Assembly (NCBI GenBank): GCA_021815445.1 | Contig: JAKAGM010000001.1 | Location: 659,710-723,709 of the forward strand | Length of the DNA: 64,000 nucleotides | Source of the DNA: a bacterium | Lineage (GTDB): Bacteria > Patescibacteriota > Patescibacteriia > UBA10025 | Direction of reading: 5' to 3' | Shown here: positions 1-10,600 of the stretch, piece by piece | How the letters are laid out: the number at the start of each line of letters is the position of its first letter | Position numbering within the stretch: position 1 is the first letter of the stretch | Notes under the pieces: generated by a model | Database searches by the model: none | What the model saw: the letters and a program-made list of their open reading frames with translations, nothing else | What the model was told of the DNA's origin: nothing | Made by a program: the position numbers and the translations under genes

Positions 1-330
1 CTGGCGGTATTCCGCTGTCTGCATCTTGAGCAATTCGTTGGTCTGCTGTTTTTCTATTGTTTTGAGCCGCTCGATATATTCATCGATGTTGAGGCTGCGG
101 GACTGCACGACAATCTGCAGGACAAAATCGAGCGAGTTGAGAAATTGGACGTACGCCGAGATGACGGCATTTTGCTCATCCTCCGACTTGAGGGCGAAAT
201 TGATCGACGACGCGAGAAGCACGCTCCTGAGCGTTCCGTCTTTCATCACGACGATGCCGTCACGGATTTCGAGGACGTCAAGAAATAATTGCGTTGGCGG
301 GACCCTCTTTTTTATTACGCGTTCTGCCAT
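1..330 (-). CDS. TraC-like/VirB4-associated protein of the Patescibacteria T4SS-like cluster (partial, runs off the left edge)
   Basis: Not in the ORF track. Manual translation from ATG at 330: MAERVIKKRVPPTQLFLDVLEIRDGIVVMKDGTLRSVLLASSINFALKSEDEQNAVISAYVQFLNSLDF..., open to position 1, directly downstream of prgI. Confidence 0.75.
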   Translation of the reverse strand, partial: MAERVIKKRVPPTQLFLDVLEIRDGIVVMKDGTLRSVLLASSINFALKSEDEQNAVISAYVQFLNSLDFVLQIVVQSRSLNIDEYIERLKTIEKQQTNELLKMQTAEYRQ

Positions 331-333
331 AAG

Positions 334-768
334 TTATTTTATTATCTCCTCTATCCCTTCCTGATATGCACCGCCGGTATCCACAAGAAGTGAAAGCTCC
401 GTCAGGCGGCTCGCATTTACCGCTCTTTTCATGGGAAGTATTTCTTTGACCGGTTCCTTTTCCTGCGGAGCTATTCTTTCTTTCATGCCGCCCTTGTTCC
501 ATATGAGGAGCCCGGGCCGCTGGAGGGTCTGGAGAAGCGAGAGAAGGAAGTAATGGAACGGCCTGCCGTTGATTTTCGCGAAGGCAAAAAGGCCCGTAAC
601 GGCAAAAGTGACGACGGCGAGGACTGCCGCTATCCAAAATTGAAAAAGCTTGAACTCGATGAACATCACCATGAACCCGAAGAGAAACACGACAAACTGG
701 CGCACTGTGATAGGCCCGATAATTTTGTTCTCGACGTCGATAAATTGGGGGACGACAAATTGTTGCAT
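334..768 (-). CDS. PrgI-family membrane protein (VirB3-like)
   Basis: MQQFVVPQFIDVENKIIGPITVRQF start, two TM segments, then KINGRPF; typical PrgI pattern. Confidence 0.85.
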   Translation of the reverse strand: MQQFVVPQFIDVENKIIGPITVRQFVVFLFGFMVMFIEFKLFQFWIAAVLAVVTFAVTGLFAFAKINGRPFHYFLLSLLQTLQRPGLLIWNKGGMKERIAPQEKEPVKEILPMKRAVNASRLTELSLLVDTGGAYQEGIEEIIK

Positions 769-775
769 AGGTCGT

Positions 776-2341
776 TTAGTAGCGCAATAATCTATTTATA
801 TCGGCTATCGCATCGAATTCTTCGTTGCTGAGGACGGGCGCTTTTTTTCCGGCGCGCGCGGCAATAACCTGTTGGACAGAAACACCCGTTTCGATGCTTT
901 CGCGTCCGATATCGAGATAGAGCTGAAAAAGCGGGGAGCGCCGCCATGCCTTGATGCCCGATGAACGCATTGCATATGATTCTTCCTCCAGGAGACTTAT
1001 TTTTTCAAGAATTTTTCTTTTGGCGTCTTCCGTCGTCGTGCCGAACCTGCGGAAATCGGTCACATCCAAGTCCGCGAGCTCCTCGACGGGGCCGAGTGTC
1101 TTATGAACCGCCGGCACTTCAACGATGTCGGAGATCCGCTGGCGAATCTGGGCATCGGGACGCCGCATCTGCGGAATCTCGGCTTCTGGGCGACTCACCT
1201 GAGGCGGGCTCGGCCTGGGAGAGGGAGCTGGCGGCGGCGTTGATTGCACCTTCAGCGGAATAGATGATTCGGGAGTCGAAACAGGTTGGAGTATAGGAAT
1301 AGTCTTGCCCGGCGAGACACGCGGAGACGGTTGCGCGGGAGGCGCTTGAACGGGCCGAGGCGATGGCATAGGCGCCGGCGAAACGTGCGGTGTCGGCTGG
1401 TAAACCTCAGTAACCGGACGGGACAGCACGACGCGGGGCTCTATCACCGGCGGCGGAGAGATCACCGGCCTGCGTTCCACCTCGGGAATACTCATGGAAG
1501 GATGCGGAGGCCTCAGCGGAATTTTTGGCGCATAGGGCCTCTGCGGAAGACGGTGTAATGCTTGTTGCATCGAGCCTTGCAGCTTCTGCAGCATTCCCTG
1601 AGACGCAAGCGTCGATGCCTCTTCCTCAATATCTACTATCAACCGGCGCGCTAAGTCGCTTTCGAAACCCATCCCGCCGATTTTCTGCGACCGCTGGAGG
1701 GCTTCCTCAGTTTCCATTGAATTGCGCATCTCCGAAAGCCGCGATTTTACTATGTTAAAAAAACGTTTTTCCATCACATCATCGGGAAAATCAACCGCAT
1801 TCCTGACTATGATATTTTGGATCACCGCGTCGAGGTCCGCTTCCGGAGTTTTTACAGCGAGATTGGCGAGCTTTTGGCGATGGAGGAGGATGTCCTGTTC
1901 GTCTTCCGGTTCGACGAAGTATGCCGATTTTGTACCTGACGAGACAGGAGTATGCGGTTCGAGAACAGACCGCTCTGCCAAAGCGCTTCGCGAGGGCGAG
2001 AGTTCAGCATGGTCTGAAGGTTTTAGGGTCTTTATTTCCCCTTGGAGTGTTTGGGGAATCAGACGTACGACCGGCGCTTTCGGCAGCGGTGTTGGAATCC
2101 CCTGATCGGTAGGCTGAGGAGCGACTTGCGGCATGGCCTGCGGGGCACCGGGGATCGGAGAGGCGACTGTTTCGGGAACAAAGGGCTTCTCCCCCACATC
2201 GAGGCTCGATGACGTTTGTCGCAGAGTGCTAAAATCCACCAGCTGTCCCTGCCGGACTATCTTGAGGCGGCCTTCTTTTGTCCTGATAATAAACCCCTCG
2301 GGAAGTCGGCTCGCGTCAAATTGTAGGTTGTCATCAGCCAT
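776..2341 (-). CDS. Pro-rich hypothetical protein of the T4SS-like cluster
   Basis: 521-aa ORF with Pro-rich linkers separating two helical domains (C-terminal GPVEELADLDVTDFRRFG...). Confidence 0.75.
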   Translation of the reverse strand: MADDNLQFDASRLPEGFIIRTKEGRLKIVRQGQLVDFSTLRQTSSSLDVGEKPFVPETVASPIPGAPQAMPQVAPQPTDQGIPTPLPKAPVVRLIPQTLQGEIKTLKPSDHAELSPSRSALAERSVLEPHTPVSSGTKSAYFVEPEDEQDILLHRQKLANLAVKTPEADLDAVIQNIIVRNAVDFPDDVMEKRFFNIVKSRLSEMRNSMETEEALQRSQKIGGMGFESDLARRLIVDIEEEASTLASQGMLQKLQGSMQQALHRLPQRPYAPKIPLRPPHPSMSIPEVERRPVISPPPVIEPRVVLSRPVTEVYQPTPHVSPAPMPSPRPVQAPPAQPSPRVSPGKTIPILQPVSTPESSIPLKVQSTPPPAPSPRPSPPQVSRPEAEIPQMRRPDAQIRQRISDIVEVPAVHKTLGPVEELADLDVTDFRRFGTTTEDAKRKILEKISLLEEESYAMRSSGIKAWRRSPLFQLYLDIGRESIETGVSVQQVIAARAGKKAPVLSNEEFDAIADINRLLRY

Positions 2342-2466
2342 TGTGACGATGGGTGCGTATTATCCAGCCGTTTTCCAAAAAATATATTCGAGAGCTTCTC
2401 CAAAAAGTGGATTTATTATAGCACATATTCATGAAAAAATCAAAGACACCGCACTTTGGTGTCTGC

Positions 2467-2562
2467 CCACCCTGAACTTGATTCCCCGACCTCGCTCCGC
2501 GAAGCGGGGCGGGCAGGGTCCCGTGGTAATATAAACGATATGCTGAATCAAGTTCAGCATGG
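2467..2562. repeat. REP-like paired palindromes (accctgaacttgatt..cagggt / atgctgaatcaagttcagcat) with a nested 30-nt GC hairpin at 2484-2513
   Basis: Removing 2484-2513 restores the hairpin accctgaa-cttga-ttcagggt, which mirrors the second hairpin at about 2540-2560. Confidence 0.7.
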
Positions 2563-2581
2563 TATGAAGTAACGATCTTTA

Positions 2582-3910
2582 CTACACCTTATTCACCAGC
2601 TTGCCATTCTCGACGGCATGCGGCGCCCAGAGAAATGTTCCCTCGGCCTCATCAGCGTATGCCATCAGCTTGTACTCTCCGCCCATGATGTCGCCCAGTT
2701 CCATGCCGACTATCGCCGCCTCGTCCGCTGCCATATTCAGGCGGTCCTGCAAAAGGTATTGCAAGAATTCGCTGATGATTATCGGGTCCGTCGGGCGCGC
2801 ATCGATAAACTCCCGTACGCGGGCTTCGGGGTACTTCTTTTCCGCATATCCTGCCACCGTCTGTCGCCAGCTTTCGCTCTGTTTCAGGGCGTCCTGCAGA
2901 CGACCGATCCGGGCAAGTAGCAGAATGCATGCGACGAGATGAGCGCGATCTCTTTTGCGGAGCGCCTCGACAAGTTCTTTTTTGATCTTCACGGGGTCAT
3001 CCCCGAGACTTTGTCTCAGCTTCTGTTCCTCGGCAAACGGGCTAGCCATGCGTTCTTTAGCGAAAGTGAGTAGCTCAGCGAGTGTGCGGCGCGTGCGCAC
3101 GGAGTTTTTTGGTCGTGACGGCAAGCGCGCATCCTGTTTAGAAACTGGCGGCTTCGGAAAGACCTCGGAGCGTTGGGATAATATTCCTGATGCCTGCAGT
3201 CCCGTAGTAACAGGTGACACTACCATCTCTCGGGCAAATTCTTCAACGGGCGGATAACGGACGAAGTTATATACCTGGAGAATCTTGAGGACCTTTTCCC
3301 TGTCTTCTTTTGAGAATTGCCTGATGTTGGCGCTATGGCTGAGGTAATACATTTCTTCAAGGTTGCCGCGCTGTTCATCCGGCCTCGAAAGTCTGTTGTA
3401 ATCCGCTATTACACTGCTTACCGTCGAGGATACTGATCTACCCTGCTCAACTTGCATCGTATACTTTCCAATTTTTTCCATATTTCTTCCCATGGCTCTC
3501 AGGAGAATTCCCCTTTTTTCCCCGCGTAAAAAAGGATCCCACCATCCTTTGAAAAGAATCCTAAGTTTTTCGCGAACATCAATGTCGAGATTAAAAAGCG
3601 CCAGCAAATTTGAGCTGAATATTGTTTCAAGGTCTTGATTTTCGATAAAGGGGAGGGCAATTCCTTTGAGCCAGAGGATTAGTTTGCGGTATCGGCTGAA
3701 GAGGTCAGTATATCGTTGCTCCAGGGGGAGATTTTTATCAAGAAAATTTTGCAGAAAAGCGCTAAGCTTTACCGCGTCGGAATACAGGGATGCCCGTTCA
3801 ATATCGAGAACTTTTTGCCCGATACGCCCGTAAGATTCACTATCCAAGAGGTCATGGGGCGTGAGCTTGATGACCTGGTCGATATCCATGTCGCTGATGT
3901 TTTTGCCCAT
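2582..3910 (-). CDS. Hypothetical protein of the T4SS-like cluster
   Basis: 442-aa ORF starting 3 nt after the stop of the VirB6-like gene. Confidence 0.75.
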   Translation of the reverse strand: MGKNISDMDIDQVIKLTPHDLLDSESYGRIGQKVLDIERASLYSDAVKLSAFLQNFLDKNLPLEQRYTDLFSRYRKLILWLKGIALPFIENQDLETIFSSNLLALFNLDIDVREKLRILFKGWWDPFLRGEKRGILLRAMGRNMEKIGKYTMQVEQGRSVSSTVSSVIADYNRLSRPDEQRGNLEEMYYLSHSANIRQFSKEDREKVLKILQVYNFVRYPPVEEFAREMVVSPVTTGLQASGILSQRSEVFPKPPVSKQDARLPSRPKNSVRTRRTLAELLTFAKERMASPFAEEQKLRQSLGDDPVKIKKELVEALRKRDRAHLVACILLLARIGRLQDALKQSESWRQTVAGYAEKKYPEARVREFIDARPTDPIIISEFLQYLLQDRLNMAADEAAIVGMELGDIMGGEYKLMAYADEAEGTFLWAPHAVENGKLVNKV

Positions 3911-3913
3911 AGA

Positions 3914-6900
3914 TTATGTTTCTCCTTTCGTAGAGCCTCTAGTGAGCTGATCTTTCATCACCTTGTTCAGCCGGTCCAGTTGCAAGAGCAATTCACGCTG
4001 CTGGACTTGATTGCCTGAGAAACCCGTTGACGCTCCCGTCGCTGCATTTGAACGCATTTCTCCCAGAGTCTCATTGAGACCTTGTGTCCTCTTTTTATCT
4101 ATGTCGCCCATCCCTTTTGACGCTTTGTCAAGAGTGCCGATGAGCCCTCCCAAGCTCTTTTCCATTTCCCCTGCCAGCTTGGAAAAATCATCGATAGTGC
4201 CAGTGGATGTCTCGAGCGCCTCGCGCACTTTCTCTGATAAGGCATTAATATCCAGGAATGCTCCTCCCTGACTAATGCCGCTAATGGACTCCCGGCTTGG
4301 CATATTCTGTTGAAATTGGGCCGAGCTGAGCTGCGAATCGAGCCGATCAATTTCTTTCTGGATAGGCGCCCTATCTTCGTCCAACGGAGTCCTTCCGAGC
4401 TCCTCGACAAGATGCCGACGTCGCTCATTAACTGCCCTCCAGAGATCCCCTAGCGCCTCCTCGGATGCTTTTTCTGCCGTCTGACGATCCTCCGGCGCTC
4501 TCTCCGCTTCGCGGGCATCCATCTGAGCGGCATGTTCTTTTTGCAGATTACGTATCTGGCTTGTTTCAAAGGTTTTTCGCTGTCTCTCCACATCGGGCGG
4601 AACCGACGTCGGAGTCATAGAGGCTGCGGAGGGTCCCAATTGCATGAGTTTATCTGCCAGTTCTCTTTGCTGATCTTTCCCAAGCTTCTCACCCTCAGCA
4701 TTCGTAAGACTAGCGATAGTTCCGTCCAAAACCTTCCGCATATCTTCCCGAGCTTCATTGGTGAGTATGCCGGAGATTTCATTTGCCACGCCCTCAGTAT
4801 CCTCGCTCCAATACCCGCGTATCTTATCACGCTCTTCCGTAAGTTTTTTCAGCTTGCCTTCACGCTCGCTCTTTTCCTGTGGGGAAAGATCATTCCCCGA
4901 AAGCTCGTCCTTCAACTGCTCGATCTCTTGATCAACTTCTTCCCCGCGAGCCTCGGTACCCGGCTTGTATCTTTCCCCGTCCCATTTGAGCTCTTTGTCT
5001 CTTTGCATTTCTTGAGCCCGGGCAATAACCAGCTCACGGGGAATCATTTTCTGCCCGAAACGTGTGGCAAGCTCTGTGGATGCTAAATCATCCCGCAGTT
5101 TAATTGGTGCCCGGGTATCTGTAATGCCATATTGCTTGAGCGTATTATCAACGTCACTGAAATGTATCTCCTGGTCGAGTATCCTCCTGTGCTCGTCAAT
5201 CTCGCTCGGTTTGACCTTCTCCTTATATCCCTCTTCCCAGGGGTATGCATTGCCGCGATCCTTTTCGGGGCTTGCGTCTGGTTTTTTGAGAAACTTTTGA
5301 CTCCAAAATGCCTTTGTCGATGTAGGATTGCTTTCATATAATTTCATCAGATCGGCCTTCAGATCTTCCACGGCAGTTTTTCCATCCCGAGCATGAAATC
5401 CTCGCTTTTCCGCTTCTTCATCTGTGCTAACAATATTGCCATTTTCATCGAAATACTTCCCAACCATTTGATCCGAATACCTCGACTGCATCTGTCTCAT
5501 CTCGGCGACGTGCTGACCGCCGAGCAACTTCCGGTACATGGTGTTTTCAAAGGTACCTTCTTCTGGGGCATAATTATCCGCTGAGTAATCCCATTTGCCG
5601 GTCAGATTGCCATTTTCATCCCGCTGCTCCTGCCATACGCGCTGACGAGTCACATGGGGAGATAATTTGTTAAGAAACGCGCGCATAGGCTGTTTTTTCG
5701 CTTCGCCGAGGATTTCATTCACGCGTTCTTCATCATCCATAATATAGTATGCGCCCGTCTCAGCGTCTTTGGCAGTATCATACTGCTCCCAGTGACCCAC
5801 ATCTTTTGCGGCTTCTGACATGCTCGCCATAGCGCGCAGTTTATGCTGGTCCTCCGCGCTGGCTGCGATTGCATTCTCTTTTTTGAGAAACTTCTTATCG
5901 AGACCTAAAAAGGACATTTTGAAATCTCTTACATTATTTGCACTGTATTTTTCAAACATTTCTTCAGGATTAAACCCGAGCGTTTCAAACTTTTCATCCA
6001 CGTCCGTCTTGAAGTTTTTATCTTTATGGTAGAGTTCACCAAACGCGTAATAAACATCGTCAAGATTCCCCTTGCCTGTGGCGAGCTCCCCAAATGCCTG
6101 CTTGGAAATATCACCTTCATGCCCACCGGTATAGAACGCTCGCCGGGCGAGGTCCTGCATCGCCTGCCTTGATTCGCCTGCTTTACCCAAGTCTTTGTTA
6201 AATTCCGACATTTTCGTGTTGATGACCACGCGTCGTGCAGCCTCGGCACGGTCAAAAGCCGCTTTTTTCCCTTTAAAAAATTTCTCGGAAAAAAATTCGC
6301 CCTTCCCTGCGGCAAGCGTCTTTGACTCTTCAGTCAGACGTTCCCCGCGCTTGGAAAATCCTTTCCAGAAATCAGGGGTGAGGAAAGATAGGTTTTCGCT
6401 CTCGCGCAGAGTCCTGCCGATTTTTGCCGCGCCGCGTCCTAATCCGTACTTTGCGGCGGCAAATGGCGAAGCTGCAAGCTTCAGCGGCGCCGATCCTGCT
6501 TTCCTGAGCCGCGCTATGGCATTACCCGCCATACCGCCCGCGATGCCGCCGGCCTGCTGTGCCACCATCAGCGCCCCGACGAGCATCGCGATACCGATTA
6601 TGAAGCTGAGGATGTTCGGGGCTGTGGAGGCCTGTGACACGCTCGCGGCGAGTGATTTATCGCCCGCAGTGCCGCTGACTGCCTGCGTGTCGACGTCTTT
6701 GGGCAGGTTTTGGACAGTCCTGACGACCTGCGGAGTCGTGTTGACGGTGACAGTGAGCGCGAGCCAGATAAAAAACGCTATCACCGGACCTGTCACGACC
6801 TGCTTCCAAAAAGCGCTCCACCACTGGCTGGAGTATTTCTGCGCTGTGGGAAACACGGCGAGGATGTAGGCAAGCGGTGACAGCACTATCAAAATCCATA

Positions 6901-7582
6901 GCATGATAATGCGGGTCAAGAGTACGACCACGAGGATGACCATCACGACGAGCGCGACGACGACGAGCGCGAGAGCGAGCACTGCGCCGCCGAGAAACTC
7001 TCCCCCCGTCGGCGGTGTCGTGGTGTTGCGGAATTTCAGGATATTATCGAGCTGGAACATCGTGGTAAAGTTGCCCGCGGCGGCGTCTTTGAACGCATTA
7101 ACAAAGGTAAGCATCACGACCTGTCCGGCGTCGATAAAAAAGCCCGCGATGAATTTCGACAGGTTGATGAGGATTGCCATGAGGATCAGCTTGCCGAGAA
7201 GGCGCTGGTATTTGTACTGCTCGAGGCGGAGGATGGTGCCGAACGCGATAACAAGCAGGACAACGATAAAGAACATGTTCGACACGTCGCGGACGATGAC
7301 CCAGCCCGTTTGCACGGCTGGCGTATTCACAAAGTCGTTGTACTGCGCGATGTTGATGAGGAGGCCGATCACGATGAGCAGGAGCTTGCCGAGGAGTTGG
7401 ACTATCGAGAGGATAATTTCCGCGATGACGCTCAGCACGCTGTCACCGATACCCGCCGCCGATGCCGGCAGGGCAAGCGTAAGTAACGACATACCGCATA
7501 CGACAAGCAGGGCGAGTGTGAACGCCCGTATTCGGGGGTCTGATGACCGGAATAGCTTGAGTTTTGAGAAAAAGGATTTCAA
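3914..7582 (-). CDS. VirB6/TrbL-like polytopic membrane protein with a long charged C-terminal extension
   Basis: About 350 N-terminal aa with multiple TM helices and VirB6-like motifs (GWVIVRDVSNMFF; RIIMLWILIVLSPLAY...WW), followed by a hydrophilic or coiled-coil tail. TTG start is uncertain. Confidence 0.75.
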   Translation of the reverse strand: MKSFFSKLKLFRSSDPRIRAFTLALLVVCGMSLLTLALPASAAGIGDSVLSVIAEIILSIVQLLGKLLLIVIGLLINIAQYNDFVNTPAVQTGWVIVRDVSNMFFIVVLLVIAFGTILRLEQYKYQRLLGKLILMAILINLSKFIAGFFIDAGQVVMLTFVNAFKDAAAGNFTTMFQLDNILKFRNTTTPPTGGEFLGGAVLALALVVVALVVMVILVVVLLTRIIMLWILIVLSPLAYILAVFPTAQKYSSQWWSAFWKQVVTGPVIAFFIWLALTVTVNTTPQVVRTVQNLPKDVDTQAVSGTAGDKSLAASVSQASTAPNILSFIIGIAMLVGALMVAQQAGGIAGGMAGNAIARLRKAGSAPLKLAASPFAAAKYGLGRGAAKIGRTLRESENLSFLTPDFWKGFSKRGERLTEESKTLAAGKGEFFSEKFFKGKKAAFDRAEAARRVVINTKMSEFNKDLGKAGESRQAMQDLARRAFYTGGHEGDISKQAFGELATGKGNLDDVYYAFGELYHKDKNFKTDVDEKFETLGFNPEEMFEKYSANNVRDFKMSFLGLDKKFLKKENAIAASAEDQHKLRAMASMSEAAKDVGHWEQYDTAKDAETGAYYIMDDEERVNEILGEAKKQPMRAFLNKLSPHVTRQRVWQEQRDENGNLTGKWDYSADNYAPEEGTFENTMYRKLLGGQHVAEMRQMQSRYSDQMVGKYFDENGNIVSTDEEAEKRGFHARDGKTAVEDLKADLMKLYESNPTSTKAFWSQKFLKKPDASPEKDRGNAYPWEEGYKEKVKPSEIDEHRRILDQEIHFSDVDNTLKQYGITDTRAPIKLRDDLASTELATRFGQKMIPRELVIARAQEMQRDKELKWDGERYKPGTEARGEEVDQEIEQLKDELSGNDLSPQEKSEREGKLKKLTEERDKIRGYWSEDTEGVANEISGILTNEAREDMRKVLDGTIASLTNAEGEKLGKDQQRELADKLMQLGPSAASMTPTSVPPDVERQRKTFETSQIRNLQKEHAAQMDAREAERAPEDRQTAEKASEEALGDLWRAVNERRRHLVEELGRTPLDEDRAPIQKEIDRLDSQLSSAQFQQNMPSRESISGISQGGAFLDINALSEKVREALETSTGTIDDFSKLAGEMEKSLGGLIGTLDKASKGMGDIDKKRTQGLNETLGEMRSNAATGASTGFSGNQVQQRELLLQLDRLNKVMKDQLTRGSTKGET

Positions 7583-7635
7583 AGGAAAAGGGGGATTAGG
7601 GGAATAAAGGGGTATTATGGGTTATTCTGCTACTC

Positions 7636-10600
7636 CTAGTCTGTCACCTTAATCACTCCGTTGAAGCCATACCACCCGACACTATCGTCTGGTTTTCCGC
7701 TACTGCTCGCCTGACGGGTGCCTGGCCTTTGCCCTACAAATGTGCAAGAGCCCCCGACGCTGATACAGACATTACTGCCCGCGCCCCAGTGATCAATTAT
7801 CTCCACCCGCGGGGTGTAGTCACCGGTCTTTGTCACCGTATAGAAAAACGTATTCGGATTCTTCGGGTCGCTCCGCGGAGCAAATCCCCACGCCATGCTC
7901 CCCTGATTATCCGACGGGACAGAACCGTCTTTTCCGTCCCAATCAATCAATATAGTATCAAGCGGCATCTGTTCTTTGTCCACATTTTCCGTGAAACTCA
8001 TTTTGATGGTAGAGCCGATCGTCACGCCGGGTATCGTCCAGCCGCCTGCCGGAGCGCTGGCGTTGCTGTAATCCTTGCCGTTGACAGTAAGGATAAAGTT
8101 GGTCACCGCAGGCTGGACAGCGCAGTAATCGCTGGGTGGGGCGGGCCGTTGGTTATTGGGGCAGATCGACATATTATCAAATTGCGTCTGCCAGCTCGTC
8201 ACATCTGTCGTAAAGTCATCCCTTACATACTGTCCTTTAGTGTTATCCCACACCCATCCCTCGTATGCTATCGCGAATAGCCGCCTGAGGGTATACTCCG
8301 CGTCATGTACCGGGTTAAGACTCTCAGTAACAGTAACCGGAGGCAGGATGCCGCTGCAGTAGCCCCCCTTGTTTTCACAGTTTCTTTGCGCTTCAAGTGT
8401 TTTGCAGTCACTGCCATTGAAATCTCCTCCCATGCATATTGCCTGTCCGCAGATGCTTTGCGTGAATACGGGACCGACAGGAGTTTTCCCGTCGCACGCG
8501 TACGGCAGGCCGGCGCGGGTCTGGCTGGAGCGCTTAGTCTTATCGGCATAGGGAACCTGCACGTAGAGAGGAGTGTTATGCTCTTTGCCGAACCAGTCTG
8601 CGGGCGTGCCGACGAGCGGCGGGATGGCGCCGAAAGGCGCGAGGTCGGCATTGTACCCGTAATTATTATTGAGTTGCGTCTGGTATCCGCTCCCATTTGA
8701 TACGCGATTGGCCCATGAGACGACCTCATCGCCGGCGACTTTCACAATCTGGTCGCACGGCTCGCGCAGCTGATAATTGATGACAATGGTAATTGCGGAA
8801 GGCCCTGATTTAGGCAGACCCGCGCGTACATCGTATCCTAGGACAAATCCATTGTCATCAAAACGAACCCGCATACCAAACCCCATCGGAGCGTGCTCCG
8901 CCGAGCATTGAGGCGTATAATTGAAATCAAATCCTTCCTCCGTGGTGCCTCCGTGCCAAATCTTTGGATTATTTTGGTAGAAACTATCAGGTTTGATATA
9001 GAATGACTCATTATTCCATTCACGAACTTTGGAATTTAATGTCACTTTTATAGCCTCTATATCAGTTCTATTTATCGCTTTTTCTGCCGCATTAGCGGGA
9101 ATGATTCTTGGGTCAGTTATCGCAGTTGATCCGGGAGTATCGCAGATAAACTTGCTGGCATTAGTGCTGTCGGTCATGCAGTTTGATGCATAGTCATCTC
9201 CACTCAGTATAAGATTAGCTCCTTGGAAAGGCACATCGGTAGGTGCAACGTTCATTATCGTATAGGAGGTTCCAGAACAGTCATTTGTCAATTTGGCATA
9301 AACGCAAGGATCACCATCATAGCAAGGAGCGACGGCGTTAATTCTCGTATTAAGTACGTACCCCGGCGTCGCCGGGAGAGTAGAAGATGGCAAAGGAATT
9401 TGTGAATTGCCCCGGGCCAACTCACAGAAGTAGAGCGGGGTGCGCTCCTGGTATCCGGCCTGCTGTTCCTGGCCGAAGATCGACGACTCGCCGCTGATGA
9501 TATCGATAGGCCACCAGTTGATGCAGATATCCGGATTTTTTGGATCTTTTTCTATGCAGTACCCTTTCCACCCGCGGTACTGTACGCCGTCAAAGTCTGT
9601 ATATTCGCAAAGCTTCGAATCGTCGCGCGGATACATGCGGCAGGTTCGCGTTAATTTATCAGGCGTTGAGAACGGGCCGGTATTTGACCCCGATTGGACC
9701 CCCAGCACGGGCTTTAGGGAGACGTCATCAAGGTAAAATGTCCGTTCTGATCCGGCACACGTACTACCGACTGGCGGTCTGGCAAGACAGAGAATGACTG
9801 AGGGGCCGTTGTTCACGGGGCTGCTATCCGTGGAACACAAGTTAATATTCGTCGGATCTGCGGTGCAGTGGCTCGGCCCTTGGATAATCTTCAAGAGCGT
9901 TTTGACTGTGCCTACGGGAATATTGGTTGTCACATTGCCTACGACGTATTCTTGCCAGGAGGTGCTCCCGGTCAACCAGCCGAAGGAGTCAATGCCGATT
10001 CGATTGCCGGTGACATCCAAATACTCAAATTCTACCTGGATCACGTCCCTCTGCGTGGCATTGCCTTGTTCATACTCCTGCTTCATTGAGATGCTGTATT
10101 CCGCCTTGTTCTGAATTTTATTCCCGAGATTATAGCTGACGCCATCCCACATCCCACTGCCCGGGTGGACGGCGAGGACATTATTTTCATTCAGCAGGGG
10201 GTTGCCGGGGATTGAACCGTCGTCAGAGCGTTCAGTGAGGGCTACTTTGGTATCGGCGCCGATTGCAGTCCATCCGCGGTACGTTTCTCCGCCTTTCCAC
10301 TGCGTCGTGGAATCATTGGGCTTAATCTCCTGGGACATCATATAATTGCTGTCCCAAAAGTCGCCGTCTTTGATAAGATCTTTTGTTGTCGAGCCGAATG
10401 TGCCAAGCTCGTGCATGACAGCGTACGGATAATCGCCCCCGATAAGACGGTCTATGCCGCACTTCCCGCCGCCGCACTCGCCATCGTTCGAGCACTGCTT
10501 GCTCAGATCATTCGTGCAAACGTTCAGGAATCCCCAATTAACGCCCGCCTTTGCCAGGCCGGAGATATTTTGCATCTTGCTGATATTATTTGTCTGGTCG

